Positions 26,435 through 33,864 of a stretch of 39,405 nucleotides of DNA are shown here, piece by piece. The notes under the pieces were generated by a model. It saw only the letters and a program-made list of their open reading frames with translations. It was not told where the DNA came from and made no database searches. This stretch comes from Spirochaetaceae bacterium (GTDB lineage Bacteria; Spirochaetota; Spirochaetia; Treponematales; Breznakiellaceae): positions 1-39,405 of the forward strand of contig JAITJK010000003.1 in NCBI GenBank assembly GCA_031278935.1, written 5' to 3'. The position numbers were made by a program, and so were the translations under genes. How positions within the stretch are numbered: the stretch's first letter is position 1; each line of letters opens with the position of its first letter.

Positions 26435-26463
26435 ATAATAACCACCTTTTTTTCGGTTGTCAA
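26435..26463 (-). promoter_or_regulatory. Sigma70-like promoter of the pullulanase gene
   Basis: On the minus strand: TTGACA (26463-26458), a 17-nt spacer, then TATTAT (26440-26435). Confidence 0.65.
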
Positions 26464-26583
26464 GTTTTATTTTCATTTTTCATGATAGAACCAGAGGAGC
26501 GAAGCAATGACGATTGAAAACACTCACAATGACCGCATTCATTCGGATAATTCGTGGTTTTTCTTCTCCCTGGTATGATTAAC

Positions 26584-26618
26584 TTTTTGGGGGTCAGACC
26601 CTTTCGGACCCCCAAAAA
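26584..26618. repeat. Perfect 12-bp hairpin embedding a GGGGGTCAGACCC palindrome copy
   Basis: TTTTTGGGGGTC-agaccctttcg-GACCCCCAAAAA lies 18 nt downstream of the neopullulanase stop. Confidence 0.85.
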
Positions 26619-26635
26619 ACGCGGGATCTTATGCG

Positions 26636-28414
26636 CTAAAGGCCGGTGTAGGTCCAATACACCGCTATGCTCTGGGAAGGAATCGCCCCTTGGATGACCG
26701 GGCTGGTGGAAAGCTGAATCCGGCCCAGATGTTTTTCGCAAAACCCTACCTCCAAGGAATCATCCCCAGTGTACACCACCGTCAGGGTTTCCCGCCGGTT
26801 CCCGAGTTCCCACACCGCAGCGCCGTGCAGAGGCCGGTAGCTTATATACCCCTCCTGAATAAGTTCAAGATGGGCATACCGGAATGCGATAAGGCCCTTA
26901 AAAAAAGCGCGCAACTCCTGGTCCTGCCGCGCTTCATCCCAGATCATGGGCCTACGGCAGTCAGGATCCCCTTGGCCTTCCATACCCAGTTCGGTACCGT
27001 AATAGAGACACGGCGAGCCAGGCAGCAAAAAGAGCATCGTAAAGGCGTTCCGCAGGGCCAGCTTGTCCCCAGCGGCTAAGGTTAAACTGCGGGGGGTATC
27101 GTGGGAGTCCAGGAGGTTAAAGGCTACGCGGTTATGCATATCAGCGTACCGCCCCAGGGCCCGGAACAGCCGAATGTTTAATTCCTCAAGACTGATAGTT
27201 TTTCGCAAAAAAAAGTCCCCTATGGCGAACCCTAAGGGATAATTCATGGCAGCGTTAAAATATCCCGGATTAAGCCAGGGTGAGGCGTCATGCCACATTT
27301 CCCCCACCACATAGAGATCCTCTTTGACGGCCCGAACTTCCTGGGCAAAGGCCTGCCAGAAATCCAGAGAAACCTCATCGGAAACATCCAGCCGCCAGCC
27401 ATCAATATCGCACTCCCGCACCCAGTGCACTGCGGCGTCCAGCAAATACCGCCGGGCCTGGGGATGCTCGGTGTTCCATTTGGGCATTCGCGTACTCAGG
27501 GCAAAGGTATCAAAGGGAATCTCCTTAGGGTTCTCGTAATGGTCCCTCACGGGAAAACTTTTTATATGGAAATAGTCCCGGTACGCCGAGTGGTCCTGGT
27601 TTTTAAGGACATCCTGCCAAAAGGGATGCTGCTGCCCACTATGGTTAAAGACCCCATCGAGCATCACCCGTATACCCCGGCTATGGGCATCCGCCACCAA
27701 GCCCTTGAGGTCATCCTTCGTCCCAAAATGCTCGTCAATGGCAAAATAATCCTCCGTGTCGTATTTATGGTTCGAGGGAGCTTTAAATACCGGGTTCAAA
27801 AAAATGCCGGTTACCCCTAAGTCCGCGAGATAATCGAGCTTTTGACGGATTCCCGGGAGGTCCCCGCCGAAAAAGTTAGAGAACTCCGGTGCGTCCCGGT
27901 TCCAATCCCCGCACTGGGGGGGGGATAGAGCGGTATCCCCGTTATAAAACCGCTCAGGAAAGATCTGATACCACACCGTACCCGCAACCCAAGCCGGGAC
28001 GTGCGGTGCGTCTACCCGGTGGATAAAAGGAAAAAAGAAGTGATTAAAGGTCTTCCTTACTGCCTCAATGGTATAGGGCTCAAGGCCGTTCTCGGAAAAG
28101 TAATGATACCCGCCTCCTGCCCAAATCAGGAAGCCATACTTGAGCCGCCGCCGAGGGGGGAGTTTCAAGGCAGCCCGCCAGATTTCGGTGGTGACTCCCT
28201 CTCCGGCGAGCTGTTTATCCATGATCGCCTCTCCGTGCTGCCAATGGGAATGGTCTTGGGTCTGTACGTATTGGAAGGGGTCTCCGTATAGGAGGGACAC
28301 CGAATCCACCGGACTTTCGGTAACCAGGCGGATAATTACTCGGTCAAGGGATGTATCGTAGTAGCAGTAAGGCAGGGATGCCTGGTGATAGACCTGCGGC
28401 TTTTCAGTATTCAT
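26636..28414 (-). CDS. Cytoplasmic GH13 neopullulanase / cyclomaltodextrinase / maltogenic amylase
   Basis: The 592-aa product has no signal peptide. GH13 regions DGVFNHSG, DGWRLDVSDEV, VGEMWHD and LLDSHDTPR are present, preceded by an N-terminal domain typical of this subfamily. Confidence 0.9.
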   Translation of the reverse strand: MNTEKPQVYHQASLPYCYYDTSLDRVIIRLVTESPVDSVSLLYGDPFQYVQTQDHSHWQHGEAIMDKQLAGEGVTTEIWRAALKLPPRRRLKYGFLIWAGGGYHYFSENGLEPYTIEAVRKTFNHFFFPFIHRVDAPHVPAWVAGTVWYQIFPERFYNGDTALSPPQCGDWNRDAPEFSNFFGGDLPGIRQKLDYLADLGVTGIFLNPVFKAPSNHKYDTEDYFAIDEHFGTKDDLKGLVADAHSRGIRVMLDGVFNHSGQQHPFWQDVLKNQDHSAYRDYFHIKSFPVRDHYENPKEIPFDTFALSTRMPKWNTEHPQARRYLLDAAVHWVRECDIDGWRLDVSDEVSLDFWQAFAQEVRAVKEDLYVVGEMWHDASPWLNPGYFNAAMNYPLGFAIGDFFLRKTISLEELNIRLFRALGRYADMHNRVAFNLLDSHDTPRSLTLAAGDKLALRNAFTMLFLLPGSPCLYYGTELGMEGQGDPDCRRPMIWDEARQDQELRAFFKGLIAFRYAHLELIQEGYISYRPLHGAAVWELGNRRETLTVVYTGDDSLEVGFCEKHLGRIQLSTSPVIQGAIPSQSIAVYWTYTGL

Positions 28415-28427
28415 AGCGCTTCATCCT

Positions 28428-28480
28428 TTGTATACTGATCTGTTCCTGCCGGGTTAAACCCAGCTTGGTTCTCAGTATAC
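28428..28480 (-). other. 5'-leader inverted repeat upstream of the neopullulanase gene
   Basis: TGTATACTGA (28428-28437) and TCAGTATACA (28471-28480) are perfect 10-bp arms separated by 33 nt. The proximal arm ends 4 nt from the AAGGA RBS. Confidence 0.5.
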
Positions 28481-28536
28481 ACCCACCGGCCCTGGAGGCA
28501 TAGCCCCTGCCGGCCTGCTCCAGCGCTGCCCTCACC

Positions 28537-29244
28537 CTAGCTGCGGCAGGCGCAGCTCTCGGTAAGAACATGAACAAAACACCCCTGCAACACCGCCAAA
28601 GGCTCAAAATCAAACACCTGAATAGCCGTCTTGTCCCAATAGATACGCAAGTCCGGCGGAAACTCATCATCCGCCTCATAAAACACCACTCGGGTAGGCA
28701 CCTTAGGAAACACGTCATACGCCCATTTATGCGCCGCTCCTTTGTCGCCGTCCAGAGGTCGCATCCCCAGCCATTCAACCCCCGCCGCAAACCGCGTAAC
28801 CTGTTCCTCCGGGGCGCAGCCCTCCAGCACGGTCCTCAGGGCTAGTGTCATCCGGCCCATCCCGGAAATATCCTCCCGGGTTGATGAAAAAACACCGTGT
28901 GAAAACCGGTCAATCAGACAAAAATCCTCAAGCGGCTCGCCTCGCGCCTTGGACAGGGCGTAGTAGCACACTATACTCCTGAAATTGAGCCTCACCGCCC
29001 GCCCGCTCACGGTGTCGCAGGAAAAAACACCGCCCTTTTTCGACAAGCGATAGCGCTGGCCCAGAAAATCAATCTCTATCTCATCATCCGCCGCGCCGTC
29101 TTTCGTTGGTATAAACCCCAGTCGCCTCACGGCATCGGCAAAATCCACCTCCCCAAGCCGGTGGACCACATAGTCAAAGGTAAGTTCCTCCCCCGTAGTC
29201 TTATCGGTCTGTCGGTCACGCCTGAACGACGGCATATAACTCAT
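28537..29244 (-). CDS. DUF3786-like protein
   Basis: The 235-aa product ends in the pattern VVFYEADDEFPPDLRIYWDKTAIQVFDFEPLAVL, which matches my recollection of DUF3786 (..W.gDeEFp....ilFD..a..yL..E.lavl). Unverified. Confidence 0.45.
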   Translation of the reverse strand: MSYMPSFRRDRQTDKTTGEELTFDYVVHRLGEVDFADAVRRLGFIPTKDGAADDEIEIDFLGQRYRLSKKGGVFSCDTVSGRAVRLNFRSIVCYYALSKARGEPLEDFCLIDRFSHGVFSSTREDISGMGRMTLALRTVLEGCAPEEQVTRFAAGVEWLGMRPLDGDKGAAHKWAYDVFPKVPTRVVFYEADDEFPPDLRIYWDKTAIQVFDFEPLAVLQGCFVHVLTESCACRS

Positions 29245-29443
29245 AGAACACTCCTTTTGCGGGGAATTCGGACAACGAAGCTACTGGCCCCGTCGAATTA
29301 GAGTACCCTGTTTTGGAGCATTCCGCTAGCGGATGAGGGATCTATAACGCCTGGACCCCACAAAAGCGCTCCGGAACCGTCCCACCGCGTTTTGTCCCCC
29401 ATGCACCTTCCCAACCGGATACCCTTGGGGTATACTGACCTCT

Positions 29444-30496
29444 ATGTTTACCGGTTTTATTGGAAGTTACACCCCCACAGCAGGAGCGGGACAGGGCATA
29501 TATGCGTTTACTCTGGATCCCCATAGCGGCGAGGTAAGGGATATACGCCTGGGCATAGCAGCTATACATCCTTCATACCTGGTTTTAAGTCCCTCCCGGC
29601 GCTGCCTGTTTGCCGTCCAGGAATCCCCCCATGGTTCGGTAGCCGCCTTTGCCATCCGTAACGAAGGGTTACAGCCCTTAAACCACCAAAGCAGCGTAGG
29701 GGACGATCCCTGCCACCTTGCCCTAAGCCCGGATGAACGCTTTCTTATGGTGTCCAATTACGGCAGCGCTTCTATTGCGGTACTCCCTATAACCAATACG
29801 GGCGCGTTAGGAGAAGCGGTGCAAGTGATTCAGCTGCACGGATCGAGCCTGAACAAAACCCGTCAAGAGTCGGCCCATGCCCATTCATGCACCTTCTCGC
29901 CGGATGGAACGCGGGTGTTTGTCTGCGACCTGGGCAGCGACCGAATTATAGTCTACCGCTATGACCCGTTCTCAGGGCGGCTCACGGAACTATCTCACTA
30001 CGCCGCCATCCCAGGATCAGGCCCTCGGCACTTAGGGTGTTCCCCCGACGGAAAGTATCTCTACGCGGTGAATGAACTCGATTCGAGCGTAGCTGTTCTG
30101 TCCCTAACGGAGCAGGACGGACAGCTGCGGTTTTCTCTGGACCAGTGTATCCCTACGCTCCCTGACGACGTTTCTACGGACAATACCGCCGCCGCTATTA
30201 TCCAGAGTAATGACGCCCGGTATATCTACGTTTCTAACCGTGGGCATGACAGTATTGCCGTCTATGCGGTGCAAGGCGACGCGAGCCTTAGGATGATTAC
30301 TACCGTACCTTCAGGGGGAAAAACGCCCCGGGCTTTGAGTCTGGACCCGGGCGGCGCTTTTTTGTTCGCCTGTAACCAAGGATCCGATAGTATGTCGGTG
30401 TTTAGCCGTGAGCCGGGCGGCGCCCTTATATGGCGAGCTGACTACCCCCTACCCTCTGCGCCTACCTGTTGCGTTTGTATTGCCGCCCCGGCATAA
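29444..30496 (+). CDS. Lactonase-family 7-bladed beta-propeller protein (6-phosphogluconolactonase, YbhE-like)
   Basis: The 350-aa product has recurrent blades with SPDG../..YV.N.G..S (LSPDERFLMVSNYGSASIAV, FSPDGTRVFVCDLGSDRIIVY, CSPDGKYLYAVNELDSSVAV, YIYVSNRGHDSIAVY). Confidence 0.8.
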   Translation: MFTGFIGSYTPTAGAGQGIYAFTLDPHSGEVRDIRLGIAAIHPSYLVLSPSRRCLFAVQESPHGSVAAFAIRNEGLQPLNHQSSVGDDPCHLALSPDERFLMVSNYGSASIAVLPITNTGALGEAVQVIQLHGSSLNKTRQESAHAHSCTFSPDGTRVFVCDLGSDRIIVYRYDPFSGRLTELSHYAAIPGSGPRHLGCSPDGKYLYAVNELDSSVAVLSLTEQDGQLRFSLDQCIPTLPDDVSTDNTAAAIIQSNDARYIYVSNRGHDSIAVYAVQGDASLRMITTVPSGGKTPRALSLDPGGAFLFACNQGSDSMSVFSREPGGALIWRADYPLPSAPTCCVCIAAPA

Positions 30497-30580
30497 AGGT
30501 TCTCATGGAACGCCCTGGTCCAGAATACAAAGGCCCGTGGCATAGAGCAGTAGGCTTCATCCGCAACGTATGCCTCTATA

Positions 30581-30622
30581 CCCTAACCACAGGGTCCCCC
30601 CATACGCCTCCCCGGCAGGAGC
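30581..30622 (+). repeat. Copy of the intergenic repeat at a convergent junction
   Basis: The sequence is CCCTAACCACAGGGTCCCCCATACGCCTCCCCGGCAGGAGC. A second shared module, CTCCCTAAGCAC, occurs at 30683-30694 and also at 7852. Confidence 0.75.
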
Positions 30623-30686
30623 CGTTACCTTACCATCTCGGCTTATACCCCCTAGACGAAACCCGAAGCGTGGGGCGCCTCACTCC

Positions 30687-33134
30687 CTAAGCACGCGGTC
30701 CGTCAGGGGTTACGCCTACCGTAGGTACGCGGCAGGCCTTTACCAGGTGGCAAAGGCCTCGGAATGCGTGGCCGTTTAATATCTCTAAGAGGGCGTCCAC
30801 CATGGCCATGGTGATTGCTCCGGCGCTCATCTTGGCCATACCCCGGAAAGGCATATTGTAAATGTACAGAATATTCAGATTGGGCTTGCCAGTACGTTGA
30901 ACCTTGGTCTTTTGATCCCTCATAAACCGGTACAAAAGCCGCCCCAGAAGACTCTTAGCATAGAAAAGCTGGGCGAAGGTGTCGTTCCGCCCCAATTCTT
31001 GCCTCCGATCCCAGAGCGCCGGAGGCAAAGGTCGGCCCAGAAGTCGGGCAAATTCCTCGTCCCCCACCGCAGCGACCGTCCCCTGGTAATAACTGGGCAG
31101 GGCGACGCGGTCATAAAGCCCCGCAACCGATACCCCGGGAACAAAAACCTCAGTTTGGAGACGAATGTCCTCACAAGATGCCCCCACCTGGATGGTGTAG
31201 CGCCCCTGTTCAGTCTCGAATCTACCGGTGCGGTGGTTGAAAAAGCGGAAGGCCTTCTCCTCCAGGGGAATGACCACCCGCCGGCTTTCCCCCGAGGCAA
31301 GGGCCACCCGGGTAAAGCCCTTAAGCTCCCGCCGGGGCCGGAAGAGGCCGCTCTCTCGCATACCGATGTAGACCTGAGGAACTTCCACTCCAGGCCGTCC
31401 GCCGGTATTGGTTAGCGTAAAGGCCGCTTCTCTAGGCCCCGCTTCCAGGTCCGTATAGGCGAAGGTCGTGTAGGTCAGACCGTAGCCGAAAGGAAAACGC
31501 ACCGGAATATCCGCGCTACTGTAATACCGGTAGCCCACATACAGGCCCTCCCGGTATTCTGCAGTCCGCTCCTGTCCAGGAAAATACCGAGCCGTAGGGG
31601 TATCCGCAAGGCTCAAGGGCCAGCTCTCGGCCAAGCGGCCCTGGGGTCCTTCTTTCCCGGTGAGGATGTCCACCACTGCCCCCGCGCCGGCCTGCCCGCC
31701 CAGATAGCCATGCACCAGGGCCGTGCAGCGGTCCAGCCAGGGGGTCTCTATGGGGGCGCCCCCGGCAAGAATCACCACAACACGCGGATTCACCGCGTGA
31801 ACCGCCTGAAGGAGCTCGATTTGGTTCTGGTGAATCCCTAAATGGGTGCGGTCAAGACCTTCGGTTTCGCTTAACTCATCCAGGCCCAGGTAAAGAAGGA
31901 TCACCTCCCCCCCACGGGCTGCCTCCACTGCCGCCGCCTTCAGGGTCGGATCCGCTTCTCCCCGGCGGCGAAAGCCCGGCGCGTAACCCGTAACGTGCAG
32001 ATCCGAGTTCTTGAGGCAGTCCAAGGGACTGTCCACCTGGAAGGGCTGCACCCCGGAAGAACCCGCCCCCTGGTAGCGGGGGGTTTCGGCAAAGTCCCCC
32101 ATCACCAGGACGGACGTCCTCGGGGCTAAGGGCAGGATCCCCTGGTCGTTCTTGAGGAGTACCACGCAGGAGCGTGCAGCCCGCCGAGCAAAAGCGTGAT
32201 GGGCCGCAGTGTCGATTTCCCCTACAGGCGGAGCGTCCCGCTGTACCGTAAACAAAACGCGCAAATAGGCGTGCACCATTTCATCCAGCATCGATTCGGG
32301 TAGTTCTCCGGCCTTGACTGCGGCCACTAAGGCCCGGTCGCTGTCCCCGCCGCTGGTGGGCATCTCTAGATGGTTCCCTGCCCGCAAGGCGGCCACCCGG
32401 TCATTGCTCCCTCCCCAATCGGTTACCACAAAGCCCGTAAAACCCCAGGTATCCACCAGAATAGAGCGCAGCAGATGCGGGTCTTCACTGGTGTAGGCAC
32501 CGTTCAAGCGGTTATAGGAGCTCATGAGGGTTAAGGGCTTTCCTTCGGTTACGGCGATCTCAAAGCCGGTGAGGTAAATCTCCTGCAAGGTGCGCTCGTC
32601 CATGATGGAATCGCTGTGCATCCGCAGGAGTTCCTGGTTATTGGCGGCAAAATGCTTAGGGCAGGCCGCGACGCCCTGGGACTGAATCCCCCGGATATAG
32701 GCGGCGGCCATCTTCCCGGCCAGATACGGGTCCTCGGAAAAGTATTCAAAATTGCGCCCGCACAAGGGGGAGCGTTTGATGTTCAAACCTGGACCCAAAA
32801 GGACCTGGACTCCCAAGGCCGCAGCCTCTTTGCCCAGATACCGGCCCACTTCCTCCCCTAAGGCCTCGTCCCAGGAATTGGCTACCGTCGCGGCGGTAGG
32901 GAAGCAAGTCGCAGGGAGGCTCGCGGTCAGTCCCAGGTGATCCGCGTTCCCCGCCTGCTTACGCAGCCCGCTGGGGCCGTCGGCGAGGTACAAGCGAGGG
33001 ATACGAAGGCGCTCCACCGCTTTCGTATAAAACTGGCCTCCTCCGGAACACAGGGAAACCTTTTCTTCTAGGGTCATGCGAGGGATGAGCTCCCAATACG
33101 AAACCTGGGGGGTCTCCGGTATGACAGTCTCCAT
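30687..33134 (-). CDS. GH3 beta-glucosidase (BglX-like, with a fibronectin-III-like domain and a C-terminal extension)
   Basis: The 815-aa product has no signal peptide. It contains LEEKVSLCSG, ADGPSGLRK, KHFAANNQE, the nucleophile motif GFVVTDWGG, and the C-terminal beta-sandwich FGYGLTYTTF. Confidence 0.9.
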   Translation of the reverse strand: METVIPETPQVSYWELIPRMTLEEKVSLCSGGGQFYTKAVERLRIPRLYLADGPSGLRKQAGNADHLGLTASLPATCFPTAATVANSWDEALGEEVGRYLGKEAAALGVQVLLGPGLNIKRSPLCGRNFEYFSEDPYLAGKMAAAYIRGIQSQGVAACPKHFAANNQELLRMHSDSIMDERTLQEIYLTGFEIAVTEGKPLTLMSSYNRLNGAYTSEDPHLLRSILVDTWGFTGFVVTDWGGSNDRVAALRAGNHLEMPTSGGDSDRALVAAVKAGELPESMLDEMVHAYLRVLFTVQRDAPPVGEIDTAAHHAFARRAARSCVVLLKNDQGILPLAPRTSVLVMGDFAETPRYQGAGSSGVQPFQVDSPLDCLKNSDLHVTGYAPGFRRRGEADPTLKAAAVEAARGGEVILLYLGLDELSETEGLDRTHLGIHQNQIELLQAVHAVNPRVVVILAGGAPIETPWLDRCTALVHGYLGGQAGAGAVVDILTGKEGPQGRLAESWPLSLADTPTARYFPGQERTAEYREGLYVGYRYYSSADIPVRFPFGYGLTYTTFAYTDLEAGPREAAFTLTNTGGRPGVEVPQVYIGMRESGLFRPRRELKGFTRVALASGESRRVVIPLEEKAFRFFNHRTGRFETEQGRYTIQVGASCEDIRLQTEVFVPGVSVAGLYDRVALPSYYQGTVAAVGDEEFARLLGRPLPPALWDRRQELGRNDTFAQLFYAKSLLGRLLYRFMRDQKTKVQRTGKPNLNILYIYNMPFRGMAKMSAGAITMAMVDALLEILNGHAFRGLCHLVKACRVPTVGVTPDGPRA

Positions 33135-33391
33135 ACGCTCCTCCTATAAAAGTCATTGCTCATCATATTGCCCCAGAGCTTCCGCATGAAGCTCCGGGGT
33201 TCCTGTTTAAGAAGCAGACGCCCGGATTGGAACCCCTGTACAGTCATCTATCATGGAGGATATTAGGGGGCTGCAGGTTAGGGCTATAGACGTTAAACCG
33301 CGCCAGCGGGCGTATATCCCCATCACTACAAGTGCAGCGAAACAATCCAAGGGCAGTGACGGATCGGCTGGATAGCTTTGCCCACCCCACT

Positions 33392-33423
33392 CCGCAGCCC
33401 CAATACACCTCTGCAGTAGGTGG
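33392..33423 (+). repeat. Copy of the intergenic repeat abutting the trxA stop
   Basis: CCGCAGCCCCAATACACCTCTGCAGTAGGTGG ends 1 nt before the trxA stop codon at 33424-33426. Confidence 0.75.
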
Positions 33424-33747
33424 TTAGAGGAGGTCTTTAAAAAGGTTTTCTATGACAAGTTTGGTTTGGGAACCGGATTTTTGCCGGACTACCGCGCCCT
33501 GCTGATACACCACCATCACCGGTACTGTGGCAATGCCGTGGCGCTCTACCAGAGGCGGCTCTTCGTCTACGTTAAGCTTCGCCACTTTAAGTACCCCGGC
33601 GTATTCTTCGGCCAGTTCGTCCAGCACCGGCGCCAGCATTTTACAGGGCCCGCACCAGGGCGCCCAGAACTCCAATAAAACCGGGATAGGAGATTGTAGG
33701 ACTTCAGATTCAAAATTAGCCTCAGTTATGGCTAAGGTAGCACTCAT
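33424..33747 (-). CDS. trxA: Thioredoxin
   Basis: The 107-aa product has the active site WAPWCGPCK. Confidence 0.95.
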   Translation of the reverse strand: MSATLAITEANFESEVLQSPIPVLLEFWAPWCGPCKMLAPVLDELAEEYAGVLKVAKLNVDEEPPLVERHGIATVPVMVVYQQGAVVRQKSGSQTKLVIENLFKDLL

Positions 33748-33864
33748 GTAAACTCCTTACTTCGCGGCCCCAAGGGCCTTCGCATATTTTTTCTACTATA
33801 CCGAGAAGGGCCTGAAAAATCTACGCTTGTTCTTAGGGAGCGGAAGCTCTATAATGGCCTACCT

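Noticed and set aside
26584-26618. The 12-bp hairpin as a canonical bidirectional rho-independent terminator
   Set aside because: On both strands the T-run lies 5' of the GC stem and the A-run 3', and both pair within the stem, so neither transcript gets a trailing U-tract. It is kept as a finding rather than called a terminator.
26460-26741. A 93-aa minus-strand ORF
   Set aside because: It overlaps the 3' end of the neopullulanase CDS out of frame, then crosses the 12-bp hairpin and the pulA promoter. It is unlikely to be coding.
28404-28790. A 128-aa minus-strand ORF spanning the gap between the DUF3786-like and neopullulanase genes
   Set aside because: It overlaps the DUF3786-like CDS out of frame and crosses the leader inverted repeat. 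It is Arg/Cys-rich with no motifs.
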